DNA from: Mobula birostris | Taxonomy: Eukaryota | Assembly: GCF_030028105.1 (NCBI RefSeq) | Contig: NC_092381.1 | Location: forward strand, 46,291,474-46,355,473 | DNA: 64,000 bases | Direction of reading: 5' to 3' | Shown: positions 1 through 11,432 of the stretch, piece by piece | Layout: each line of letters begins with the position of its first letter | Numbering within the stretch: the stretch's first letter is position 1 | Translations under genes and position numbers: made by a program | The notes under the pieces: model-generated | Database searches by the model: none | The model's input: the letters and a program-made list of their open reading frames with translations, nothing else | What the model was told of the DNA's origin: nothing

Positions 1-599
1 CCCCATTGTAGTTGGACACAAAGAGTCGCCACTTATCAGAATGACTGAATAGCCTTGAATAAAAAGAGCAGCACAGCAGACAGCATTGCTGCTGCATCGT
101 TTCAGTGACTTGGATTTGATTCTAACCTCAAGTGGTTTTCTTGGTATCCTTGGAAGTGTTTCCCCCAGGTGCTCCAATTTCTTACTATATTCTAATGAAA
201 GATTAACTGACTAACTCGTATGGGTGGGTGACAGAAGACTTGTGTGATATTGGGTCAACAACACAGAGCCAAAATGTTGACTCTTTCCAAAGATGCTGCC
301 TGACCTGCTGAGTTTTTCCATAATTTTCTGTTTTTGTTACAGACTGAAGGTGACCAGCAAAAGGACAGATGTGACACGAGGAAAGGATATGAAATAGTAA
401 ATAATTTGGAAACGAAACGCACTGACAAAGGCTGCGACTCAGGCAGTTTAAGTGCAGCATTCAACATGAAAGGAAAAACTTGCAGAGGTAAACAAGAGGT
501 GAGGGCTTAGGACTTGCTGTATTCTTCTTACAAGGCACAAGAATGGACTCAATAAGTACAGCAACATTTAAATTATTTTAGGTTTCTGTGATCCATTTA

Positions 600-2390
600 A
601 TATTAGGCACATTGGCCTTCATAAATCAGGGCACGGAGTACATAAGTTGGGGTGTTATGTTGAAGTTGTATAACACAGCGGTCCCCAACATCCGGGCCGT
701 AAAGCATGTGCTACCGGGCTGCGAGGAAACCTTTCCTCATTCTCTGTCACGGCCACTGTTGAGCCATTACTCACGCGAGGTCATTACCCGCGCGTCATCT
801 ATGTCAGTACAGGAAGACGATCAACTCCTCGAGCTTGCAAATGACAGCGGGCTGAAAAGTATGTTTGACATAACACCTCTGCCGGCATTCTGGATCAAAG
901 TCAAGGCTAAATATCCTGAGAGAGCCACGAAAGCACTGAAAACGTTGATTCCATTTCCAACATATCTCTGCAATGAATGCAACGAAAACTAAATTGCAGA
1001 ATAGACTGGACATAAGGAACCCCCTTCGAGTATCGCTGTCTCCCATCACCCCTTGAAAGGACCATGTTGTTGCAGGGAAACAAGTATTCAGCCCAGGGCT
1101 CCCACTAATTCAGTGATTTTGGTGTGTTGCAATGATTTTATATGTTCATACGGGGAAAATATGTGCTGTGTGTTTAACATCCAAACGTTACTTAAAATGT
1201 AATGATGCTATTGACTTATAAGTGACTTATATAACCATATAACAATTACAGCATGGAAACAGGCCATCTCGACCCTTCTAGTCCGTGCCGAATGCTACTC
1301 TCACCTAGTCCCACCGACCTGCACTCAGCCCATAACCCTCCATTCCTTTCCTGTCCATACACCTATCCAATTTTTCTTTAAATGATAATATCGAACCTGC
1401 CTTTACCACTTCTACTGGAAGTTCGTTCAACACTTACTTCATGCTCCCGTCCTCCCCTGGTAATTGACTTATCACTATATTCATGTGAGGAATATATGCG
1501 CTGTGTATTTAATATTAAATTTGTTAGATAAACCCTTTTAGAAACAAAATTGAGTGTATTAGCCACTTATCACCTACATTACGGTCATGGTTAACAGCCC
1601 CCCCCCCCCGAACAGAAACGGCAAAAACGATTTGTAGAAAAAAATCGGCAGGTCACGAGCACATGCGCAAGTCACGCATGCGTACTAGTGACCGTGCAAG
1701 GCTTCATGGTCATTGTAGTCATCCTCGGGGTAAACACAACGTATTTGACTGCTACTCTTGTCCGTTGGCAACCCATCCGCGCCCCCCCCCCCCCCGGGGT
1801 CGGCCGGTCCGCCAGTATATTGTCAATATTAAACCGGTCTGCAGTGCAAAAAAGGTTGGGGACCCCTGGTATAAGACATTGGTACATTGGTGAGGCTGAA
1901 TTTGAAGTATTGTCTGGAGTTCTGGTCACCTACCTAAAGGAAATATATCAATAAGCTTGGAAGAATGCAGAGAAAATTTATTTAGATGTAGCCGGGATTT
2001 GAAGACCTGAGTTATAGGGAGGGAATGAATAGGTTAGGAATTCACTGGAGTGACGGGAGATTTGACAGAGGTATACAAACTTATGGGGGGTATAGATGGG
2101 TTAAGGAGATGCAGGCTTTTTCCCTGACACTGGTTGAGACTAGGTCATAGGTCGATGAAGAAAGGTGAATAATTTAAGGGGTACCTGAGAGGAACTTCTT
2201 CACTCTGAGGGTGGTGCGACTGTGAAATGAGCTGCCAGTGGAAGTGGTGAACGTGGGTTCAATTGAAACATTTGAGAAGTTTGATAAGAGGGATATGGAG
2301 GGCAATGATGTGACTGGACAGAAAGACAAGTTAATATGAACTAGACGGGTCAAGGGGCCTGTTTCTGTGCTGTCGTGCTCTATGACTCCA
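600..2390 (+). mobile_element. CR1 LINE 3' fragment, split by the hAT element
   Basis: ttggccttcataaatcagggc...gttgtataa|gacattggt...gagtattg continues across the hAT; CR1-type 3' end ggggcctgtttctgtgctgt. Confidence 0.7.
676..1868 (+). mobile_element. hAT (Charlie/Buster-like) internally deleted DNA transposon
   Basis: TIRs CAGCGGTCCCCAAC / GTTGGGGACCCCTG; 8-bp TSD GTATAACA/GTATAAGA; residual dimerization-domain peptide FWIKVKAKYPERATKALKTLIPFPTYLC; nested CR1 3' end at about 1235-1440 (minus). Confidence 0.88.
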
Positions 2391-2399
2391 TGTACATAC

Positions 2400-2507
2400 C
2401 TTGTCATCCTCATCCTCATCTTCACTTGTGTCTACATCATCCATATCTTCCTCCAGTGCACTGACTCGTGTATCCAGCATCTCTGCTTCTTCCAACACAT
2501 AACGTTT
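2400..2507 (-). CDS. PRPF38A: PRPF38A coding exon 5 (gene continues beyond the window; RS-domain exons not present)
   Basis: Acceptor tctag|AAA; KRYVLEEAEMLDTRVSALEEDMDDVDTSEDEDEDDK; donor AAG|GTATGT; 108 nt. Confidence 0.95.
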
Positions 2508-3962
2508 CTAGATGATCAGATTCACAGCAATCATTACAATTAATACACAATAATTTTTTTAGCTGTACAATTTGTAACACATACAACAGGTGAGTCAAAT
2601 GCATTTAAGATTTAATATAATTTGGTTAAGAGTTTCACTTATTAAAAGATTCATCATTCACAAAGAAATCAAAATTAAGTTGGATATTAATCTCACCTCA
2701 TTATCAAAAAGATGTAGAAGCTTTAAAGATGATGCAAAGGAGATTTCCTAAGATGCTGTCTAGGTTAGAGAAAGTGTCTTCTGAAGAAAAGCGGAGTGAG
2801 CCAAGTCTTTTCTGTTTGGGATAGAGGAGGATGAGAGGCAACTTGATAGAGGTGTATAAGATTGAGTGGACAGCCAGCACCTTTTTGCCAGGATGGCAAT
2901 GGCTAATACCAGAAGACATCTGTTTGAGGTGAGTGGAGGAGAGTTTGGGGAGATACAAGAGGAAGGTTTTTTAAAAAATATATACAGAGAGCGTGGTGAA
3001 TGTGTGGAGTGCACTGCTGGGGTTGGTAGTAGAGGAAGGCACAATAAGAACATTTAAAAGACTCATAGACAGGCACATGGTTGGAAAAAAAAGGAAGGTT
3101 ATCAGCTGTCTAGGAGGGAAGAGCCAGACTGATCATGAAATATGATTAGATAGATCAGCACAAAATTGTGCGATGGACTGCTCTACGTTCATTTCACACT
3201 GTTTAAAAACTGATCTGAAATAAAGACACGAGAATTGACCATATTTTGAACATTTACCAAAAACATCAAATTTCTCCTGTAATGTATTAGATACAGAAAG
3301 AAATCATATGTATTTTGTCACCAGCTTGATACCAGGATAGGGAGAGGATACAAGGTCAGAAACTCAGCTCAGCATGGAACAGGAGGCTTGGGTTTTAGAA
3401 TGGTTTCATCCATTCCAAGAGTGCGGAGTTTGTCATGGGGTCAAAAGCACAATGCAAGTGATTAAATCTGCAAATGAACCAGTTAAAAAGGCCAAGTTCA
3501 TCTTAGCAGAAATCAAAGATGGAATGTAAATTCTAACTGAATTTATCAGGCCAAGGAGAACCAGTTTTGGTTTTAAGGGAAAAAAATGGTTCACTACCCT
3601 CCAGTCCACACTACTGTAATAGGAGTCCCAATCTGTAAAATGATGTGACATCTAAGTGTTTTCTCCTTTGCTTGAAAGTACTGACTCTTAGGTGAGCTTG
3701 GTTCCATGTGTTTTACAGCCATAATAGCCGCACACACACCCCATCCCTTTATGTGGGAGTAGTGAGAGAAAATGGTGACATGCTATTGAATCAAAAATGG
3801 CTGCTGGGATCATTCCAAGCCCATTCCTCATCTCAGCTGATCCGTAGCTTTTCAGTAAGATTGTGAACTTGGATGGAAGGGCTTGTGGGTGAAGAGAACA
3901 GTAAAACTTTTCTTGTCTTCAGTTAAATACTGTTCAATGCAACAGAATAAAATCAGTTGTAC

Positions 3963-4048
3963 CTGAAGCCTGGGCAAAATGATATCACAAACTCGCTCTT
4001 CGTGGAGTAACTCGTCCATAAATTCATCAACGTGAATTAGTTCAAACT
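3963..4048 (-). CDS. PRPF38A: PRPF38A coding exon 4
   Basis: Acceptor ttgaag|AG; EFELIHVDEFMDELLHEERVCDIILPRLQ; donor CAG|GTACAA; 86 nt. Confidence 0.95.
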
Positions 4049-4979
4049 CTTCAAGAAGAAAACATGATAATGCAAGATTTAAAAAAATACAAAACCAATG
4101 ACAAGAAAACCTAGAAAATGCTGGAAAGACTCCGCGAATTACCAGCACTTGCCGATACCGTACATTTATGTAGCAAACCTGCATAAATTATATAGATTAA
4201 TCTTACACAAAGGTAAACACACTGATTGTTGCTACTATGCTCTAAATACTGATCAAATCATTTGGAAAAAAATTAATACACCAAAACTTATGTTTTGGTT
4301 ACTAAGTTAAACAAAGTTACAGCAATGAAGTTGTTTTCTTTAACTGCAAGGAGACAACTGATGAGTATGAAACAACCTATATCCTTTAACAAATTGTTCA
4401 AAAACCAGGGAGGTAGAATTAGATTAACAGGTAGCAAGATTAAATAGAAGGGAAGGAAAAGATTTTTCTCAGAAGGTGAGAAGGGAAGGGGATTCTTTAC
4501 CTGAAAGAGTAGAAAAAGCAAAAACTCTCATCATACTTAATGTGTATACTTGACAGTCACACCAAATCGCCTTCGACTTCATAATTTTTCTATTTTTTAA
4601 GATTTAGATTGTAATGTTTGAGGCAATTTCCTAACTGACATTCAACACCATGTTGATAAGAAAGCACTAAAGGTACAAACAATTTTATGGCGTGATCAAT
4701 CATAATTAAAGGCACACAATTTCTAGAATAGTTTCGCTGCTAGATTCAAGATGACCATTACAACTTACCTTGAATCGTCATTATTTAAGAATAAATACTT
4801 GAATACATAGTTAAAAGATAATGCTGTACAAAGTTACTGTAACTAAAACAGTATAATTTCAATGTAGAGAATTATCCTTACAGCTTAGTGATCAAAGAAT
4901 GATCGTCTAATATAGAAACATTCGTAAATTATTGTACAATGATTCAAAACATATTTACTCAGATTACTAGAATTATTAC

Positions 4980-5101
4980 CTCCATCCCTTTTTTGTCTCT
5001 TCACCTTCCGATAGTCATTATAAAGTGGTTCCAGGTATTTATAACAATCAATAGCAGAGCCTGTTAGCCGCATATACAGTGCACCCAGCAATCTGACGTA
5101 T
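4980..5101 (-). CDS. PRPF38A: PRPF38A coding exon 3
   Basis: Acceptor ttacag|A; YVRLLGALYMRLTGSAIDCYKYLEPLYNDYRKVKRQKRDG; donor G|GTAATA; 122 nt. Confidence 0.96.
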
Positions 5102-5623
5102 CTGTAATGAAAGCCAATCGTTGAATGCTTCAGCTACTGTTTCCCCTTAGCAAACCTTAGATACTAAAGAACTTCCTGTGCTAGAAGACAATGCACAAGA
5201 GAAACTTGATAAAATATTCAATACAATGTTAGAGGTTGATAGCAATAGATAACAATTTATAAACAAAATTTATCATTTTTAGTTAGCGCACGGTAATAAA
5301 TATTACATCATTTCCAGTTTCATCGTGCTTCTGAAAAAATGTGTGGTGAGGAAAAGCATGTGACATCTTTCACTCTTCCATTTTGAAGGAATCAGTTTAA
5401 ACTGAGAAAAATCCCACAGGCAGAGTTTTCCCATTCAAACTAATGCTCTCCATCTAAAAGCAGGCAATGTCACTAAGAATGGCATCTCTCACAAGCAGAT
5501 TTTCAAGCAAGTTTATTATGTTTACAGTATAATCGAAATTATGTGAAGTAGATTAAGTGTGATAAAGCAAAAACTGACTCAACAGATTTAAAAGCATTAC
5601 AGTTTAATTAAAATCATACATAC

Positions 5624-5783
5624 TTGAAATCTTCATTCTTTATAAATTCAACAATTATATCTTTTTCAGGCTGAATCTGGAGCATCTTGAGAGTCAGGCA
5701 AAGGAACGGGGAAGGCTTAATATTCCCACCATAAACCCCGCCAATATATTTCAGCTCCATCGCTTTGTCCACAACCAATTCCG
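5624..5783 (-). CDS. PRPF38A: PRPF38A coding exon 2
   Basis: Acceptor cttag|CG; AELVVDKAMELKYIGGVYGGNIKPSPFLCLTLKMLQIQPEKDIIVEFIKNEDFK; donor AA|GTATGT; 160 nt, phases consistent. Confidence 0.96.
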
Positions 5784-7308
5784 CTAAGTAGCAAAAAGAA
5801 ATTTGTTACAATGTCGTCACAGCACTGAACAACTCTGTAAAGTTGAACACAGAAGTTATTGAGAAACATTTTACACTGAACCTTTTTGCCTTATGGAAGC
5901 ACTAGACCTAATCCAGTAATTGCATATAACATGTAAAAAAAAAATCAAATATAGGAAATCTGAAACAAAAGCAGAAAATGTTAAAAATCTGTAACTTTTG
6001 ACCTGAGACATCACCTGTTTCTCTTTCCTTAATACAATTGTTACCTGATCTGCTGAATATTTTAAAGTAAGAAAAACTGAAGAATTGAATGTGCAGAAGA
6101 ACCTAACATTTGCAATTGATCTGAAAATCTATTTGGCTCTTTTGAGTTTCCCAAATATTCAGTCAATTTATTACAACACACAAATGAAACAATTTTGATA
6201 CAAAATGTAAGCTTCTAGAAACTACATGCACTAGTTACTGTACAAAATAGTGAACTTAAGAAACAGGTGTAAAATACATGGGATGAGCTGCAAGTTGCAA
6301 AGCAGTAATTCTGCAAGAACAGAAGTAGAGTAAGGCAGAGGAGGAGTACGAGATGACAACAATAAAGTAAAACACCTTTCCAAAAAGATCAGAAAGCAAG
6401 AACCAGAATATTACTACACAAAATTTGACACTTTGCTGAGTGGATATTTTAGGAGAATGACCAAAAACTTGGTAAAAACTTTTGAGGAAGGAGAGGTAGA
6501 AAATCAAGGGTATCGACGCAGGGACTTCCTTAACACAGGCCCTTGGTAGCTGAAGAGTCAATTGTCATTGGTGAATGGATTAAATTTAGAGCTGACCATA
6601 CTTTGGGGGGGGGGGGAATGCTTATAATAGAGATTATAAAATGGAGATTAGCAAGGAAGGAGAGCATGAAACCACAGAAGGATTTCAAATAATCAAGTGA
6701 TGTTCTACTAGCAGCTACAGGGTCGGATAGCAATGGAGTGATGGGTGAAGGAGACTTGGTGAATGTTAGGACAAAGGCAGCTGAGCTTTGGGTAATCTCA
6801 TATCTACAACTACAAGAACAAGTTTGTGAACCCTTTGCAATTATCTGCACAAGGGTTTTCTGCATTAATTACTCATAAAATGTGGTCTAATCTTCATCTA
6901 CATCACAATAATAGACAAACAAAATCAGCCTAAACTGATAAAACACAAACAATTGCATTTTTCATGATTTTATTGAACATATTGTTTAATTATTCACAGT
7001 CCAGGCTGGGAAGAGTATATGAACTCTTGTATTTAATAACTTGTAGAACCTCCTTTAGCAGCAATAACCTCCACCAAACGTTTCCTGTAGCTACTGATCA
7101 GACTAGCTCAATGGCAGGCAGGAATTTTAGACAATTCCTCCATGCAAAACTGTTTCAGTCTATCAATATTTCCAGGATACCTTGCAAGAACAGCCCTCTT
7201 CAGGTCATGCCACAGTATCTCAATTGGGTTAAGGTCTGGACTCTGACTTGGCCATTCCAAAACACGAATTTTCTTCTTCTTAAACTAACTGTTGCTGATT
7301 TACTCTTG

Positions 7309-7465
7309 AGGAAGAGGTGCAGCCGACGTTTCAGTCCTGACGAAGGGTCTCGGCCTGAAACGTCGACTGCACCTCTTCCTAGAGATGCTGCCTGGCTTGC
7401 TGCGTTCACCAGCAACTTTGATGTGTGTTGCTTGAATTTCCAGCATCTGCAGAATTCCTGTTGTT
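7309..7465 (+). mobile_element. Short Penelope-like (PLE) insertion with inverted 5' arm, nested in Tc1
   Basis: 13-bp TSD TGATTTACTCTTG (7296-7308, 7466-7478); 26-bp inverted arm 7309-7334 vs 7355-7380; same 3' sequence as the GIY-YIG-linked copies. Confidence 0.85.
7332..7369 (+). ncRNA. Minimal type I hammerhead ribozyme motif (Penelope-associated)
   Basis: Stem I CAGTC/GACTG; core CTGACGA; stem II within AGGGTCTCGGCCT; GAAA; palindromic ACGT in place of helix III; GUC cleavage triplet ending at 7364. Confidence 0.7.
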
Positions 7466-10400
7466 TGATTTACTCTTGGTGTTTCAGATCATTGTCTTGT
7501 TGCATCATCCAATTTCTATGAAGCTTTTGGTGACTGACCACTACCTTGACATTGTCCTGGGACTATGTTCTGTGGACAGTTGAGACAAAAGTTGAACAAT
7601 TTTTGAATTCATTGTTCCTTCAACGATTGCAAGCTGTCCAGGCCCTGAGGCAGGAAAGCATCCCGAACCATGATGCTCCTTCCACCATGCTTCACAATTG
7701 GGATGAGGTTTTGATGTTGGTGTGCACTGCCCTTTTTCCTCCAAATATAGCTTCTGTTGGAAAGTTCAACTTTTATCTCAACTGTCCACAAAGCATTGTC
7801 CCAGAAGCATTGTGGAACATCCAGATGATCTTTTCCCAACTTGAGACGTGCAGTAATGCTTTTTTTGGAGAGCAGTGGTTTGCTCTGTGGTGTCCTTCCA
7901 TGAACACCATTCTTATTCAGTGTTTTCCTTATAGTGGACACATGAACAGAGACTTTAGCAAGTTCTAGAGATTTCTGCAGGACTTTTGCTGTTACCCTTG
8001 GGTTCTTTTTCACCTCCTTCAGCATTGCACACTGTGCTGTTGGTGTGATCTTTGCAGGATGCCCACTCCCAGGGAGAGTAGCAACAGTACTGAATTTTCT
8101 CCATTTGTAAACAATTTCTCTTACTGTGGACTCATGAATACTTCGGTCTTTAGAAATGCTTTTGTACCCTATGCTTCATACAACTCTACTAAGGTCCTCT
8201 GAAAGTTGTTTTGAATGAGATATGGTGTACGTAAACAGATCTTTCTTGAGAAGAGCAAGCTGTGTCAGCAACCTGACTTTGTGTGCCATTTTTATAAGGC
8301 AGGGTACCTTTACAACCCACATCTCCATTCTCAACTGATTGACTGGAACGCCTGACTTGAAACAGCTTTTGTAGAAGGCATCAACCCAGAGGTTCACATA
8401 CCTTTTTTAACCTAGACCCTGAATGATTAAACAATGTGTTCAATAAAGACCTTAAAAGTACAATTGTTAGTGTGTTTTCAGATTAGGCAGATTGTGTTTA
8501 TCTATTATTGTGACTTAGCTAAAGATCAGACCACATTTTATGAGTAATTAATGCAGAAAACCAGGTAATTGCAAAGGGTGCACAAACTTCTTCTTGCAAC
8601 TGTATATAAGGCCAGTCTAATATTCACCAATTTGGAAATCATATTTCCAAAACGCATAAGGTCTAAAAGTAAGAAACCAAAAACAGGTGTGCGCAGGCAG
8701 AGGTAGACTAGGAGAAGGTTATGGAACTGGCAGTAACTAGTCTTATTAATCAGAATTTACTTCAGGAGCAAATACAACGGCAAAACAGCAAACAAGGTAA
8801 TTCAATTTCAGACAAACATCAGAGAGCAGAACAGAATCAGTGATTAGAGAATAAATTTCGTGAGAAGAAGCAAAAACAAGTTTTGGCCTTCCCAAAGCCA
8901 GAGGTAACCTCTGTTCACTGCATCATCTTAAGCAGTGTGAAAAAAAGATATAGAATGGACTAAGATTCAGTCAAAGGACCTGCGGAAAAGACCCAACATC
9001 TTTATTCATGTAGTGTGATTGAGCAAACTGAACTATAATAACAGATGTAATCATGACCCGCAATCCTTGCAATGGAAGGGCAAATGACAGTGACAAAGAT
9101 ATGAGGGAAAACAGTTAGCAGCATATATTGATGTACATACAAGAGATAAAATGAGAGCCTGAGAGATCAAGACCAAACAAGAACAAAAAAATTAACCACA
9201 TTAAAGTAATTTAAAACTCCCTAACACCAATAATGGTGCAAAGATCATGACAGAGACACTGTAGGTATGAATATGGAAAGCAATGGATTTGAGAGATTTG
9301 GAATGTCACGGCCTATTCCAACACTGGTGCAAAGCCACTAACATGCCTTACCCTTTCAAGACTCATTGCATTTCTGAGACCTAAATGAAAGATTGTTTAT
9401 GCAACTTTAGTAGTACGTCACCCTCAACTTGACTCCACTCTGTCAAATTCTCCCAATCTTCACCTTCACAAAGAGCATCTCACACAATTTTATTGAATAG
9501 CACAGTTGAAATGCTTGCTCTTTCCTAACTTTCTGACTGCGTCCGATATGAGTTTGTACCAAACAACTTCTATGCCGTTACTATTTCAAAACTATGTATA
9601 AAGGTGTGGAGTTATGCAGCAGAGATGCAGGCCCTCCAGCCCAATTTAACCATGCCAATCCAGATATCAACCTAACCTAGTCTCATCTTCCTGAATTTGG
9701 CCCACATTTATATAAACCTTCCCTATTGATGAAACTGCCCAATACGAAATAAATGTTGTAATTGGTCCTGTCTCTACCACTTCCTCTGGCCTTTTGCTCC
9801 AGAAAGCCACCACCCTCCATGTGGAAAAACTTCTCCTCAGGTCCCCTTTGAATATTTCACAATCAATGACTCTAGTTTAAGACTTGCCATTTCTGGAAGA
9901 AAGAAAAACACGACTATCCATCCATCTTATCTATGCTCCTCACTATTTCATAAAACTCAAAATGTCACCATTCAGTCTGGTTCAATCCCAAGAAACAAGT
10001 TCCAGCCTCTCCTTATAACTCAAGCACTCCAGTCCCACCAACATCTTTGTGAATCTGTTGCCCAATGTCCTGTGCAGCTATAACATGACACTCCAACCCT
10101 TGTACTCCAACGAAGACAAGCATACCAAACGCCTTCTTCACCACCCTTTCTTACCGTGTTACCATTTTCAATGAATTATATAATTACACCCCATAGGCCT
10201 CTCTGTACTACAACACGTTTCAGGGTCTTGTCAGTTACTGTTCAAGACCTTCATTGGTATAACTCCCCAAGATCCACCATTTCGCACTTATCTGAGTTAA
10301 ATCTCAATTGCATTCCCTGGCCCGTTTTCCCAATTGTTCTTTGCTGTACACATCGCCTGGTCAAGGATTCCCAATGCTCATAAACCGGACCAAACTTTTA

Positions 10401-10530
10401 CTAAGGTTATTTTAAAATTTCCCAATGTAAACAAGCAACGACTTTGCTACTCTGCTGACAGCAACCAACCGGTTCCCATCCGAATAAAACTGAAGAGGTC
10501 GCGGCCCAAATGCGCTTCAGCTGTAATCTT

Positions 10531-10705
10531 TCACAAAATGCCGGAGTAAGTCAGCAGGTCAGGAAGCATCTACGGAAACGAACAGAATAGATCTCGGCCC
10601 GAAATGGGATTAGGTGTTTATTTCCATAGCTGCTCTCTGACCTGCTAAGTTGCTCCAGCATTTTGAATGGATTTTCAGCATCTGCAGACTTTCTCGAATT
10701 TATGA
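10531..10705 (+). mobile_element. Short PLE-derived insertion with inverted arm
   Basis: TSD TCAGCTGTAATCTT/TCAACTGTAATCTT (10517-10530, 10706-10719); family motif ctgacctgctaagttgctccagcattttg...cagcatctgcag. Confidence 0.75.
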
Positions 10706-10746
10706 TCAACTGTAATCTTACGGATTGATCCTCCACCGTTCTATAC

Positions 10747-10876
10747 CTGTAAGCCCGAAACATTCTTCCTTCCAATACTTGGACTCGTAGATGCGAGTGC
10801 GAATTATTTTTTCAATCAGATATTGCGGATTGGTCCCATGGATGCTGTGCGCATCTTTCACCGTCCGGTTCGCCAT
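10747..10876 (-). CDS. PRPF38A: PRPF38A (pre-mRNA splicing factor 38A) coding exon 1
   Basis: Translates MANRTVKDAHSIHGTNPQYLIEKIIRTRIYESKYWKEECFGLT, the PRP38A N-terminus; donor ACAG|GTATAG; 130 nt, phase 1. Confidence 0.97.
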
Positions 10877-11200
10877 TGCAATCCCAGAAGCCCCCGCGAG
10901 GTGGTGACCTCCCAAACAGCGTTCACAGCGCCTCCCTCCGTCTAGGCGGTCTAATTTACGCGGACCCCTCTCCCGGCGAACAATGTGACTGCAGCGCCTC
11001 CCAGCGACCAGGCGGCCTCACGTACACGGAACGCCCCTCTCCCGGCGAACAATGTGACTGCAGCGCCTCCCAGCGACCAGGCGGTCCAAAGTACACAAAC
11101 TGGGAAAACGCAACGACTCCGATTCAGTGGGATCTCAGGATGAATGAAAACAGTGCGGGGATCGCAGACACTTTCATAGATAGGCAAGGCGCATACTGAT
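10877..11200. promoter_or_regulatory. PRPF38A CpG-rich promoter/5'UTR region
   Basis: High CpG density directly upstream of the ATG; ZNF143-like and CTCF-like motifs; 69-bp tandem duplication. Confidence 0.65.
10965..11084. repeat. Tandem duplication, 69-bp period, 51-bp identical core
   Basis: cccctctcccggcgaacaatgtgactgcagcgcctcccagcgaccaggcgg at 10965-11015 and 11034-11084; partial degenerate copy at 10926-10949. Confidence 0.95.
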
Positions 11201-11432
11201 GCACTAAAAGGTATGTATTTTCAGGTTGTTTAATGTCATTTCCTTTACACAAGAGTAAGGACAGCGAAATGATTGTTATTCCGGAACTGATGCAGCACAA
11301 AAAAACATAAAAGATAAAGAACACAATAATAATATTTTTTTAAAAACAGTAAAAGGAGGTGGAGCACTCCTTCAGCCTGATGCAACGCTTACACGTGCTC
11401 CCATTGGGTTGCCAGGAGTCTTGTTTCCTCTT

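Larger units (their letters stand above)
6807..8602 (-). mobile_element. Tc1-like transposon (long IR/DR-type TIRs), decayed transposase
   Basis: TA at both ends; about 200-bp TIRs (CAACTACAAGAACAAGTTTGTGAACCC / GGGTGCACAAACTTCTTCTTGCAACTG); transposase fragments KNPRVTAK...STIRKTL...VKHGGRSIMV and VIAAKGGSTSY*. Confidence 0.92.

Noticed and set aside
1-2399. PRPF38A exon 6
   Set aside because: No RS-rich coding segment found on the minus strand; the exon must lie outside the window
4466-4535. Box C/D snoRNA (ATGATGA...CTGA on the minus strand)
   Set aside because: No terminal stem, no clear C'/D' boxes or guide sequence; better explained as a pyrimidine tract or chance
10965-11084. CRISPR-like repeat-spacer pattern
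   Set aside because: Two 51-bp repeats in a vertebrate promoter and no cas genes; an ordinary tandem duplication
10876-11199. 107-aa ORF with a repeated peptide
   Set aside because: Simply the translation of the 69-bp promoter duplication; non-ATG start
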